Assembly (NCBI GenBank): GCA_965215505.1 | Contig: OZ244065.1 | Span: forward strand, 4,928,001-4,992,000 | Length of the DNA: 64,000 nt | Direction: 5' to 3' | From: Capsulimonadaceae bacterium | Lineage (GTDB): Bacteria > Armatimonadota > Armatimonadia > Armatimonadales > Capsulimonadaceae | Shown here: positions 19,944 to 29,079 of the stretch, in pieces | How positions within the stretch are numbered: the first letter of the stretch is position 1 | Layout: each line of letters opens with the position of its first letter | Program-made: the position numbers and the translations under genes | The notes under the pieces: model-generated | The model's input: the letters and a program-made list of their open reading frames with translations, nothing else | The model's database searches: none | What the model was told of the DNA's origin: nothing

Positions 19944-21155
19944 TCACCGCTTGACCTGAGAAGTCCCTCTCGCCATGTTCGCCCGAAGCCGCAGGAACGG
20001 CCGTTCAAAAAGAAGGTAGAAGAGGAAACTCACGCCGCAGATCACCGGGACGCCGATCGTCAACAGAAGAAGCGTGAGATGGTTGGCATTAAGGCGGTGA
20101 TGCGCCAGTGCGATCATAATGGCAAGCATCGGCCCGTGTATGAGGTAGAGGCTGTAGGAAAACATCCCGATCCCTACTAGAAGGCGTGATTCGAGCAGGC
20201 GCAGGATCAGGGGAACTGATTTGACATCCTGCTGTGTACGGAACAGAGTACAATAGACCAACACGACGGAGGTCAGCAGACCCATCAGCAGGTCGATCGG
20301 CCAGGGCCGGTCGTCGATTACATGTTTGGTGTCAAAGGCCAAAAAGCCTAACAGAGCGAGGGCGAGTCCGAGCGAGACGATGCCCCACGGGAAACGCCGT
20401 AGCCATGCCTGCGGCCGGCGCGGGAAATTGATGCCGGCAGCAACCATCCCTAACGCGAAGAGGCCGAGGAGCCATGTACGTGCGCTCTCTGCCATCTCGA
20501 AGTGAAGGAACCATGGAAGCAGGCCGATGGCCCACGCACATGCAAGCAACGGCGCAGGCCCCCATCGCTTCCAGAGGGGGAGTAGAAGCGGTGGCAGGAA
20601 GAAGTATATCTGCCATTCGGTGGCGACGCTCCACATGGAAGCGTCGAGCCTGTACGTCCATGAGGGGCTGAGGTTATGAACCAGAATCAGGTGGGAGATG
20701 ATTGATCCAGGCGTCAAGTCAGACGCTTTGGACGTGGACATCATGCCCCCATGGCCGCCGATATGTTGAGAAGCCCAGAGCATTGCCACGGAAATCCCGA
20801 GGGCGGCGTAGTAGGGGGGCAGTATCCTCCAGGCACGGCGTCTGAGGAAGGTCCTGGCTCCGCCAGAAAGTTCAACGTCGGCAGACCGCACGATCGGCAA
20901 CATCAAGCAGTAACCGGAGAGTACGATGAAGACATCCACGGCGAGTTCGCCGAACGCAAACAGGTAAAAGCCGACCGGGAATGTGCCGGTGTCGATCAGC
21001 ACTTTCGTGCCGAGGTGAAAAAGTAGCACATATAACGCCGCCATCCCCCGCAGCCCGTCCAGATAGCTGAGATGCAGCCGAGGCTTAGACATGGGGCGGC
21101 TCCCTGTAGCGCCTGGCGACGGCACGGCGGTATCGGCCTCCGGGGTTGTTTTCAT
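19944..21155 (-). CDS. Acyltransferase family 3
   Basis: YLDGLRG, FIVLSGY, RILPPYY, WSVATEWQIY, SYSLYLIH motifs; start after GGAG RBS and downstream of the sigma-54 site. Confidence 0.9.
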   Translation of the reverse strand: MKTTPEADTAVPSPGATGSRPMSKPRLHLSYLDGLRGMAALYVLLFHLGTKVLIDTGTFPVGFYLFAFGELAVDVFIVLSGYCLMLPIVRSADVELSGGARTFLRRRAWRILPPYYAALGISVAMLWASQHIGGHGGMMSTSKASDLTPGSIISHLILVHNLSPSWTYRLDASMWSVATEWQIYFFLPPLLLPLWKRWGPAPLLACAWAIGLLPWFLHFEMAESARTWLLGLFALGMVAAGINFPRRPQAWLRRFPWGIVSLGLALALLGFLAFDTKHVIDDRPWPIDLLMGLLTSVVLVYCTLFRTQQDVKSVPLILRLLESRLLVGIGMFSYSLYLIHGPMLAIMIALAHHRLNANHLTLLLLTIGVPVICGVSFLFYLLFERPFLRLRANMARGTSQVKR

Positions 21156-21214
21156 CGTGAGACATTCTCCGTTCAAAGGGAAGAGCTTTCCTGATCCCGT
21201 CTGCCAGTTCACTC

Positions 21215-21230
21215 TGCAAAATCCATGCCA
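21215..21230 (-). promoter_or_regulatory. Sigma-54 promoter of the acyltransferase
   Basis: Minus strand reads TGGCATGGATTTTGCA. Confidence 0.75.
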
Positions 21231-21268
21231 TGTCGTGCTTCTTCAGAAGGATTCATATAATATCACAA

Positions 21269-22544
21269 TTCAGTACCGTACACTTTTCGCATGAGTCTTA
21301 CTGACGGCGGCTGAGGTTGCCGCCTGGGGTATTCTTTGTTCCTACCACAGACCAAAGAAAGGCTCCCCATGAGCGACAACCTCAAGCGCTATTGTGCCAC
21401 ACTCCGTCACCTAAAGCAACTGTATCCGGAGGAGCCGACGGGCAATCTGGCCCGCCACCTCTGTACCCTGGCCGCCCTGGTCAGCGGCATCGTCGGCAGC
21501 AGGAGTTGCCACCTGCCGCAGATCGCCAGGAAGGTGCCCGACGGCAGCAAACACGAGAGCCGCAGCAAGCGCTTCGCCCGGTTCCTGCAAAACAAGAGCG
21601 TCACGCCGGAGACGTTCTTCCTGCCTTACGCCCAGGTACTCGCCGAGAGCCTGCCGCCTGGTCCGCTCGTGCTCATCATGGACGGCAGCCAGGTCGGGCG
21701 CGGGTGCATGGCCTTGATGCTCAGTGTGCTATACGAACACAGAGGCCCGCAAGGCGACCGGAAGCGGGGCTTCGAGAAGATGCGGGCCTTGCCCCTGTGC
21801 TGGCTGGTCGTCCGGGCCAGGAAAGGCCACTTCTCGCAGGAGCGCCATCAAGAACTGCTGGCCCAGGCCAAGCAGATCCTTCCGCCACACCGGGCGGTGA
21901 TCTTCCTGGGCGACGGCGAGTTCGACGGGCCGAGCCTGCTGGCGGATGTCTCGGCAGCCGGGTGGCGCTACGTCTGCCGCACGGCCAGGAACGTGCTCCT
22001 CTCGGAAGCCGACTGGCCCGACGAGACGTTCACGCTCTCGCAGATGATGGCCGACGGCGGCCTCAGACCCGGCGACTGCGTAGAGTTGACCGATCTTCTG
22101 TTCAGCGCTCAGGGCCTGGGGCCGGTCTTAATGGGCGCGGTGTGGGAGCCGGATCAGGACGAGCCGCTGCTGCTGGTGACCAACCTTGAGTTCCTGCATG
22201 AAGCCCGCTTCTGGTACAAGAAGCGCTTCGGCATCGAGACGCTGTTCTCCGATCTGAAGAGCCGGGGCTTCCACCTGGGCCACAGCCATCTGAGTGATCC
22301 GCCGCGCCTCTGCCGGCTGCTGATCGCTACTTGTTTGGCCTACTACTGGATGGTCTGTCTGGGCGTCGAGGTCCTGCGGCGCGGCTGGCAGAAGATCACT
22401 CACCGCGCCGACCGGTGCGACCTGAGCCTGTTCCAGATCGGCTTGACTTGGCTAGAACACTGCCTGGATGAAGGGCGTACTGTTCCCGTCAGGCTACAAG
22501 TGCGGGCAGCAAGTGAGACTTGAAGAAAGATGTACGGTAGTGAA
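21269..22544 (+). mobile_element. IS4-like insertion sequence with 9-bp target duplication
   Basis: IRs TTCAGTACCGTACA / TGTACGGTAGTGAA (13/14); direct repeat ATATCACAA at 21260-21268 and 22545-22553. Confidence 0.9.
21369..22523 (+). CDS. IS4-like DDE transposase
   Basis: LIMDG, GDGEF, YKKRFGIETLFSDLKS (YREK motif). Confidence 0.85.
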   Translation: MSDNLKRYCATLRHLKQLYPEEPTGNLARHLCTLAALVSGIVGSRSCHLPQIARKVPDGSKHESRSKRFARFLQNKSVTPETFFLPYAQVLAESLPPGPLVLIMDGSQVGRGCMALMLSVLYEHRGPQGDRKRGFEKMRALPLCWLVVRARKGHFSQERHQELLAQAKQILPPHRAVIFLGDGEFDGPSLLADVSAAGWRYVCRTARNVLLSEADWPDETFTLSQMMADGGLRPGDCVELTDLLFSAQGLGPVLMGAVWEPDQDEPLLLVTNLEFLHEARFWYKKRFGIETLFSDLKSRGFHLGHSHLSDPPRLCRLLIATCLAYYWMVCLGVEVLRRGWQKITHRADRCDLSLFQIGLTWLEHCLDEGRTVPVRLQVRAASET

Positions 22545-22674
22545 ATATCACAAAAACTGGAAAACCTGAATGCCTCGTAGGGTGGCAATGAGGCTCCGTG
22601 AACCATGCAGCACACGCGCTGCTTTAGAAGAGTTTTATGTCATATTCAACACACGCCTTCTGGAGAACCCCCCC

Positions 22675-23433
22675 ATGATCCTCAAAGACGACGAGACTAT
22701 AGACCTGCCCACGCCGAGCGGCCCGATGCGGACCCATGTGTTCCGCCCGGCCGCGCCGGGGCGCTACCCCGGCTTGGTCCTGTTCTCGGAGATCTTCCAG
22801 GTGACCGGGCCGATCCGCCGGACCGCCGTCCAGCTCGCGGGCGGCGGGTATGTCGTCGCCGTCCCCGAGATCTATCACGACCTGGAACCCGCCGGGACCG
22901 TCCTGCCCTACGACGCGGCGGGCGCGGACCGGGGCAACGCGCACAAGACCACCAAAAAACTGGCCGGCTATGACGCCGACGCCCGCGCTGCCCTGGACTC
23001 CCTGAAGGCCGATCCGCACTGCACCGGCGGCCTGGGCGTCATGGGCATCTGCATCGGCGGGCATCTGGCCTTGCGGGCGGCCCTGAACCCGGACGTCCGC
23101 GCCGCCGCCTGCTTCTATGCGACGGACATCCACACGCGCAGCCTGGGCTTTGGCATGCGCGACGACACGCTGGACCGCATGGCCGAGGCGAAGGGCGAGA
23201 TGCTGATGGTCTGGGGCCGGCAGGACCCCCACGTCCCGCGCGAGGGGCGGCGGCTGATCTATGACGCCATGGACGACGCCGGCCTCCTCTTGCAGTGGCA
23301 CGAGTTCAACGCCGCCCATGCGTTCCTCCGCGACGAAGGCCCGCGCTATGACCCCGCCGTCGCGCGCCTCTGCTACGGAATGGCGTTGGAACTGTTCGGA
23401 CGCCGGCTAGGGGAGGGCGAAGCGCCGCAATAA
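22675..23433 (+). CDS. Dienelactone hydrolase family
   Basis: SEIFQVT, GICIGG nucleophile elbow, HAF motif. Confidence 0.9.
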   Translation: MILKDDETIDLPTPSGPMRTHVFRPAAPGRYPGLVLFSEIFQVTGPIRRTAVQLAGGGYVVAVPEIYHDLEPAGTVLPYDAAGADRGNAHKTTKKLAGYDADARAALDSLKADPHCTGGLGVMGICIGGHLALRAALNPDVRAAACFYATDIHTRSLGFGMRDDTLDRMAEAKGEMLMVWGRQDPHVPREGRRLIYDAMDDAGLLLQWHEFNAAHAFLRDEGPRYDPAVARLCYGMALELFGRRLGEGEAPQ

Positions 23434-23501
23434 GGACGTCCGGCAATGGGGTGTTTTCGGGTATACTACGGCCTGGTACACTTTGAACGAGATACAAACA
23501 C

Positions 23502-23717
23502 ATGCTCGACCCGAAATGGACTCTGATGCTGGGCCTGCCGATCATCGCCGCCCTGCTGGTGCTGGCCGGGCGGCGGACGCGCGCCCTGGTCCTCCGCATC
23601 CGCGAGGTGCGCGAGGAGATGGCGCGCAGCCCGCAGGACCCGTACCGGGCGCTGGCGATGCTGATGGACGAGAAGGCGACGGACAAGAAGGCGAAGAAGC
23701 ACGCAGGGAGGCCCTGA
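23502..23717 (+). CDS. Small single-TM hypothetical protein
   Basis: Hydrophobic N-terminus; TGA overlaps the lexA ATG. Confidence 0.65.
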   Translation: MLDPKWTLMLGLPIIAALLVLAGRRTRALVLRIREVREEMARSPQDPYRALAMLMDEKATDKKAKKHAGRP

Positions 23718-24373
23718 TGGCCAAAGGACTGACGGACAGACAGCAGGAAGTCTTCAACTTCATCGTCTCCTACATCGAGGAGAAGGGCTACCCGCCGACG
23801 ATCCGCGAGATGCAGCTCGGCCTGACGATCGGCTCTCTGCGCGGCGTCACGATCCACCTGGACGCCCTGCAAAAGAAGGGCTACATCGAGCGTCAGTCCT
23901 CCAAAGACGGCCCGCGACACGCGCGGGGCATCCAGATCCTCGCCCACCTGGAGCCGCGCTCGCTCGACGAGATCGCCGGTCTGCGCCGCCTGCCGCTCAT
24001 CGGCACCATCGCGGCGGGGACGCCGCTGCTGGCGAACCAGAACATTGAGGACTTCGTCGCCGTCCCCAACCAGCTCCTCCGCACCAACGCCCCCGACTGC
24101 TTCCTGCTCCGCGTCCAGGGCGAGAGCATGACCGGCGCCCACATCCTCCCCGGCGACCTGGTCATCATCCAGCCCCAGGCGACGGCGGAGAACGGCGACA
24201 TCGTCGCCGTGCGCCTGGGCGAGGAGGCGACGGTCAAAAAGTTCGCGCGCCACGGCAACCGGATCGAGCTGCAAGCGCAGAACCCAAACTACGCCCCCAT
24301 CCCCCTGCGGAAAGCCGACAACGCCGCCATCATCGGCAAGGTGATCGGCCTCCTGCGCGGGTACTCCGGGTAG
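23717..24373 (+). CDS. lexA: SOS repressor LexA
   Basis: LTDRQ..GYPPTIRE HTH, IAAG cleavage site, GESM catalytic Ser, ATVKK Lys. Confidence 0.95.
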   Translation: MAKGLTDRQQEVFNFIVSYIEEKGYPPTIREMQLGLTIGSLRGVTIHLDALQKKGYIERQSSKDGPRHARGIQILAHLEPRSLDEIAGLRRLPLIGTIAAGTPLLANQNIEDFVAVPNQLLRTNAPDCFLLRVQGESMTGAHILPGDLVIIQPQATAENGDIVAVRLGEEATVKKFARHGNRIELQAQNPNYAPIPLRKADNAAIIGKVIGLLRGYSG

Positions 24374-24375
24374 CC

Positions 24376-24771
24376 ATGCGGCGAACCGTCATTCCCCTGG
24401 CGCTGGCCGCCCTGCTCGTCGGCTGCTCTCGCACGGCCCCACCCCTGCTCCCGCCGCGTCAGACGGCCGGCGACACGATAATCATGCTGACCTCCGGTGC
24501 ATCCGCCCACACGGGCGACAACACGCTGGGCGTGAACTTAGCCGACGCCGCGACGGGGGCACCGGTCGGGAACGCCAACATCACCGCCACGCCGGAGATG
24601 CTCTCGCCCCGCCTGCCGGGGTCCAGCACGACGGGGCGGGCGCAGGGCAATGGGTTCTACACCATCCCCGTCCGGCTGGGGGTGGCGTCCAAATACAGCA
24701 TCACCCTGAAGATCGAGCGGCCCGGCAAGGCGACGGTGGAAGCCGCGTTCCAAGTCGAGGCATCACAATAA
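24376..24771 (+). CDS. Lipoprotein, YtkA/FixH-like Ig fold
   Basis: Lipobox LLVGC; beta-rich body with GNGFY. Confidence 0.6.
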   Translation: MRRTVIPLALAALLVGCSRTAPPLLPPRQTAGDTIIMLTSGASAHTGDNTLGVNLADAATGAPVGNANITATPEMLSPRLPGSSTTGRAQGNGFYTIPVRLGVASKYSITLKIERPGKATVEAAFQVEASQ

Positions 24772-24789
24772 ACGACGGGAGAATACAAA

Positions 24790-25194
24790 ATGGTCGAGAT
24801 CGAGACGCGGTATGACGGCGGCAAGAAGTGTTCGCTGCGGCATCAGGAGGGCGCGACACTCCAGACGGACGCCCCCAAGGACATCGGCGGCGATGCCTCC
24901 GCCTTCAGCCCGACCGACCTGGTCGCGGCGGCCCTCGCCGCGTGCGTGCTGACCACGGTCGCGATGTTCGCCGAGCGTCACGCGCTGGACCTGACCGGGA
25001 TAACAGCGCACGTCGGCAAGGAGATGACGGCCGCCCCGCGCCGCATCGGCCACCTCCCGCTGACGGTGCATCTGCCCGCGTCGGTCGCCGCAGAGATGCG
25101 CCCGATTTTGGAGCGTGTTGCTCATACCTGCCCGGTCCATGCCAGCCTGCACCCGGACGTGGACGCGCCCATCGAGTTCCTTTACGACCTCTGA
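24790..25194 (+). CDS. OsmC/YhfA-family protein
   Basis: TDAP..GG..FSPTDL..C and CPVHASL motifs. Confidence 0.9.
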   Translation: MVEIETRYDGGKKCSLRHQEGATLQTDAPKDIGGDASAFSPTDLVAAALAACVLTTVAMFAERHALDLTGITAHVGKEMTAAPRRIGHLPLTVHLPASVAAEMRPILERVAHTCPVHASLHPDVDAPIEFLYDL

Positions 25195-25231
25195 CGCCAG
25201 TGGCCTCGCCAAATGGCGAGGCCGCTGACGT

Positions 25232-25588
25232 CTACCCCAGGGCGCGCGTTACCTGCACCTGCTTTTTGTCCAAGACCTTCAGGTCATCGTAGCCGACCAG
25301 GACGTGCCGGTTGCCGATGCCGAGGACGTGATCCCCGAGTGACAGCACAGCGAAATGAGGCAGGCGGGTGTGCGGGTCTACATAGAGGTCCTCCACCTTC
25401 CCCACGCTGTTCCCCGTGGCGTTCACCACGCTGAAGCCGCGCGGGTCGCCCATGCCCGCCCCGGCAACGCTGCCCGACTGCACCTTGCCCTTGCTCTCCT
25501 TGTCCCGCTTCTCCATCTCACTCAGCAGTTCCAGGATCGCCGGCCCGTTCAGCCGCGCCTGCTCGTTGTATGTCTCACCCGTCGCCAT
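25232..25588 (-). CDS. PRC-barrel domain protein
   Basis: GFSVVNATGNSVGKVEDLYVD motif; GAGGAG RBS. Confidence 0.8.
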   Translation of the reverse strand: MATGETYNEQARLNGPAILELLSEMEKRDKESKGKVQSGSVAGAGMGDPRGFSVVNATGNSVGKVEDLYVDPHTRLPHFAVLSLGDHVLGIGNRHVLVGYDDLKVLDKKQVQVTRALG

Positions 25589-25737
25589 TGGCGTTTTCTC
25601 CTCTTCAGCCTCGCTCTGCTTGCTTCCCCTCTTATTCCCCGATGAAAAAGCGGCGCAAACGCAGGAATCCCCGCCGCCCTCCTTGAACAAGCCGGAAGCA
25701 TCACCGAGAGATCGCCACCGAGAAGAGGATTTGCACA

Positions 25738-26493
25738 ATGGCTACGCCGCTTTCCATCCAGCTTTACACCCTGCGCGATGAAGTGCAGGGCGACTTCGCC
25801 GCCGTCCTGCGGCGGGTCGCCGAGATCGGCTACAAGGGGGTCGAGTTCGCCGGGCTGCACGGGCACTCGCCCCAGGAGCTCGCCGGCATCGTGGGCGCCC
25901 TGGGGCTGCAAGTCAGCAGCAGCCACGTCAGCCTGCCGACCGCCGAGACGATCCGCCAGATCGCCGACACCGAGAAGACGCTGGGCAACACGCGCCTTGT
26001 CGCGGGGCTGGGGCCGAACGACTTCCAGACGCTCGACGACTGCAAGCGCGTCGCCGAGCGGTTCCAGACGGCGGCGGAGCTTGCCCACGCGGAGGGCCTG
26101 ACCTTCGGCATGCACAACCACTGGTGGGAATTCGAGACGCGGGACGGCGTGCTGGTCTACGACCTCCTGCTGGACAGCGCCCCGGACATGTTCAGCGAGC
26201 TGGACATCTACTGGGCCGCCTATGCCGGCGTCTCCCCGGCTTCCGTGGTCGCGAAGCACGGCGTGCGCCTGCCCCTGCTGCACATCAAAGACGGCAGCCT
26301 GGAAAAAGACAGCGCCATGACGGCCGTCGGTGATGGCAAGGTGGACATCGCCGGGACGATCGGCGCGGCGGACCCGGACGTCCTGCAATGGCTGATCGTG
26401 GAGCTTGACCGCTGCGACACGGACATGTGGGAGGCGGTACGCCAGAGCTACGCCTACCTGACCAAGAAGGGCCTGGCGGCGGGCAGCAAGTGA
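25738..26493 (+). CDS. Sugar phosphate isomerase/epimerase (xylose isomerase-like TIM barrel)
   Basis: QLYTLR, GVEFAG, HNH, ELD.YW, HIKD motifs. Confidence 0.9.
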   Translation: MATPLSIQLYTLRDEVQGDFAAVLRRVAEIGYKGVEFAGLHGHSPQELAGIVGALGLQVSSSHVSLPTAETIRQIADTEKTLGNTRLVAGLGPNDFQTLDDCKRVAERFQTAAELAHAEGLTFGMHNHWWEFETRDGVLVYDLLLDSAPDMFSELDIYWAAYAGVSPASVVAKHGVRLPLLHIKDGSLEKDSAMTAVGDGKVDIAGTIGAADPDVLQWLIVELDRCDTDMWEAVRQSYAYLTKKGLAAGSK

Positions 26494-26548
26494 TAGCCGC
26501 GTTCCCAGCCCCATCCCCGCCCCCAAGAGGTGCTAGAAAAGAGACGAC

Positions 26549-27397
26549 GTGAATCAAGACGTCAGTAATCAAGATGCCGGCGCGGAGTTCGTCCGCGCCT
26601 ACCCGCCCGCAGAGCCCGGCCCCGGCCCCGCCCTCTGGCTGCCGTTCTTCAAGGGGGAACTGCTCGCCCGCAGTGAGGGCGGACATGTCCGCCTGCATCA
26701 AGGCGACCGGGAGAGCGTGGAAAGGCTCGGCCTGACTGACCCGCTGTACCTCGGCACCCTGGGCGGCCTCCCCTGCCTGGCAGCGGAAGCCGGCCCGGAC
26801 ATCGCCATCCCCGAAGGCTGGGCCGCGACCAGCCTGCGCGCCCTGTTCGGGTCGGTGAGCGACCCGGAGTACCTGCTGACGGGGTACGCCTCCCAAATGC
26901 TCTACTGGCGGCGCACCAGCGGCTTCTGCCCCGTCTGCGGGCACCGCACCGAGGCGCGCGACGGGGATTGGGGGCGGCGCTGCCCGAACTGCGGCCATGC
27001 GGCCTATCCGCACATCTCGCCCGCCACGCTGATTCTCATCCACGATGGCCCGCGAATCCTCCTGGCCCAGAAGCCGGGGTGGGGGACGCGCTACAGCATC
27101 CTGGCCGGCTTCGTCGAGCCGAACGAGTCTCTGGAAGACTGCGCCCGGCGCGAGACGCGCGAGGAGGCGGGCCTTGCGATCACCGACCTCGCCTACGCGG
27201 GCAGCCAGCCCTGGCCCTTCCCGCACCAGCTCATGGTCGGCTTCACGGCCCGCTATGCCGGGGGCGAGATCGTGATTGACACGGCCGAACTGGAGCGGGC
27301 GGCCTGGTTCGATGTCGGCGCGCTGCCGGACCTGCCGCCGCCGGTCAGCCTGTCCCGCCAGATGATCGACGCCTGGGTGGCGAGTCAGAAATCTTGA
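26549..27397 (+). CDS. nudC: NAD(+) diphosphatase NudC
   Basis: CPVCG/CPNC zinc ribbon, Nudix box GFVE..ES....RETREE.G, SQPWPFP. Confidence 0.95.
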   Translation: MNQDVSNQDAGAEFVRAYPPAEPGPGPALWLPFFKGELLARSEGGHVRLHQGDRESVERLGLTDPLYLGTLGGLPCLAAEAGPDIAIPEGWAATSLRALFGSVSDPEYLLTGYASQMLYWRRTSGFCPVCGHRTEARDGDWGRRCPNCGHAAYPHISPATLILIHDGPRILLAQKPGWGTRYSILAGFVEPNESLEDCARRETREEAGLAITDLAYAGSQPWPFPHQLMVGFTARYAGGEIVIDTAELERAAWFDVGALPDLPPPVSLSRQMIDAWVASQKS

Positions 27398-27496
27398 CGG
27401 CCGGAACTTCGCTCCGCACGGAAGCGTATGGGTGGTAATAGAAGCAAGCGGACTGCTGTACCCCCGCCTTTCGGGCTTCTTCCTGGAGGCGAACCC

Positions 27497-28135
27497 ATGT
27501 CACGGAAAGGCTTCACGCTTATCGAGCTGCTGGTCGCCCTCGCGGTCCTCGCCGTTTTGGCCGCTATAACCCTCAGCGTCTTCCGCTCCGTCCAGGAGCG
27601 GGGCCGGCAGACGGTCTGCCTGAGCAACCTCCGGCAACTCGGGATGGCTATAAGCGCCTACGCCCAGGAAAACGACCGCCTGCTGCCGCCCTACAACTCA
27701 GTGGGGATAGAGACGGGCACCGGCCGGGCGATCCCGGGACAGGGCGCTCAGTTGGTGTCCTGCCTAACCCCTTATACGCGCGACCGCGACATCTGGTTCT
27801 GCCCGACGGACATCTACGCCCGGACCTTCACTGCCGCGCGGGTGGACCAGCCTGACGTTCACGGGCATGTTAACCATCTCTACACAAGCTACGGCAATAC
27901 CCTCGACTGGTACTCCCCTGGGTTTATACTCGGCAAGCAGACGATTGACTGGGCAGGCTCAAGTTCGGAGCAGGCCGCACCGGTGCAGGGCCCGCCGCTG
28001 CTCACGGACGACCTGTGGTATTTTCAGTCGCATACCATAGATGGGACTCCAGATCTGCCTCCGCCGTACTCACACAACGGCCGCTTCAACTTCCTGATGT
28101 TTGACGGTCACGTTAAGAGCCTCAGTTGGTACTAG
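27497..28135 (+). CDS. Prepilin-type N-terminal cleavage / H-X9-DG (DUF1559-like) protein
   Basis: GFTLIELL, CLSNLRQLG, FCP, HNGRFNFLMFDGHVK. Confidence 0.85.
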   Translation: MSRKGFTLIELLVALAVLAVLAAITLSVFRSVQERGRQTVCLSNLRQLGMAISAYAQENDRLLPPYNSVGIETGTGRAIPGQGAQLVSCLTPYTRDRDIWFCPTDIYARTFTAARVDQPDVHGHVNHLYTSYGNTLDWYSPGFILGKQTIDWAGSSSEQAAPVQGPPLLTDDLWYFQSHTIDGTPDLPPPYSHNGRFNFLMFDGHVKSLSWY

Positions 28136-28213
28136 TAGCGGGTTTTAGAACGTCCGGCATGGTCCATAGGTTTGCCGTGCCGCTATCTCAAGCGTGTCAC
28201 GAGGGGGAGTCAG

Positions 28214-29047
28214 ATGGACAGTATCAAACCCGGCCGCGAGCGGGGCGGTTTCACGCTTATCGAGCTATTAATTGCTGTCGCAATCATCGCGATAGTCGCC
28301 GCCATCCTGTTCCCCGCCTTCTTCTTTGTCCGCGAGAACGGGCGGCGGACGATGTGCCTTTCCAACGAGCGGCAGCTTGGCATGGCCGTGCTGGCATATG
28401 TGGGCGACAATGACGACGCTTTCCCACTCGGAAACGGCTCCGGCGTTGCGGGCTGGGCGGCGCAGTGTTATCCTTATACGAAGACCGCCCGCCTTTACAA
28501 GTGTCCTGATGACCAGACCTCGGTGGACGGGTTTCCCGGTGCGCTTGTGGATTCCTACGGCTACAACTCAAACCTGACAGCTTTCCAGACGTTCCGGCGT
28601 CAGAGTGTGCATCTCGCGCGGGTTTCTGCGACAGCCAAGACCGTGCTGCTGTTCGAGGTCAGGGAGTGCGTCATCGGACTTCCGCCGGCACCTTTGGCCG
28701 TCGGGTCATTCTCCGCCCAGGGTGTGGGGGAAGGGCCGTGTGGAAAAGAACCAAATCAGCCCGTTCAGTGCGAGACGGCCCCCCAAGATGGCTTTGGAGG
28801 TCTTGGTGCCGAGTACGCGACTGGCAACATGGGCGGGAAAGTCTTGAACAATGGAGCGGGAAGCCTTGCGCGCCACCGAGGCGGGGCCGATTTTGTAGCC
28901 TGCGACGGCCACGCCGTCTGGCTCAGGTCTGAGGATGTCTCCTGCGGCGTGGCCGTATCAATTCGCGGTACGGACGCGGACCAAGCTTATGGCATTGCGG
29001 CAGGCGCGAGCAACCCAAAATACCAGATGAGCTTTGCCACGCGGTAG
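28214..29047 (+). CDS. Prepilin-type N-terminal cleavage / H-X9-DG (DUF1559-like) protein
   Basis: GFTLIELL, CLSNERQLG, CPDD, RHRGGADFVACDGH. Confidence 0.85.
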   Translation: MDSIKPGRERGGFTLIELLIAVAIIAIVAAILFPAFFFVRENGRRTMCLSNERQLGMAVLAYVGDNDDAFPLGNGSGVAGWAAQCYPYTKTARLYKCPDDQTSVDGFPGALVDSYGYNSNLTAFQTFRRQSVHLARVSATAKTVLLFEVRECVIGLPPAPLAVGSFSAQGVGEGPCGKEPNQPVQCETAPQDGFGGLGAEYATGNMGGKVLNNGAGSLARHRGGADFVACDGHAVWLRSEDVSCGVAVSIRGTDADQAYGIAAGASNPKYQMSFATR

Positions 29048-29079
29048 CCGCCTGACGCCTACTGCGAGTGGGGCCGACG

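Noticed and set aside
23470-23500. Possible LexA box (GTACACTTTGAAC) upstream of the lexA operon
   Set aside because: Does not fit GAAC-N4-GTTC or GTAC-N4-GTWC spacing and symmetry
25661-25690. GCAGGAA...GAAC alternative-sigma-like motif (similar near 31396)
   Set aside because: Only two loose instances with unequal spacing
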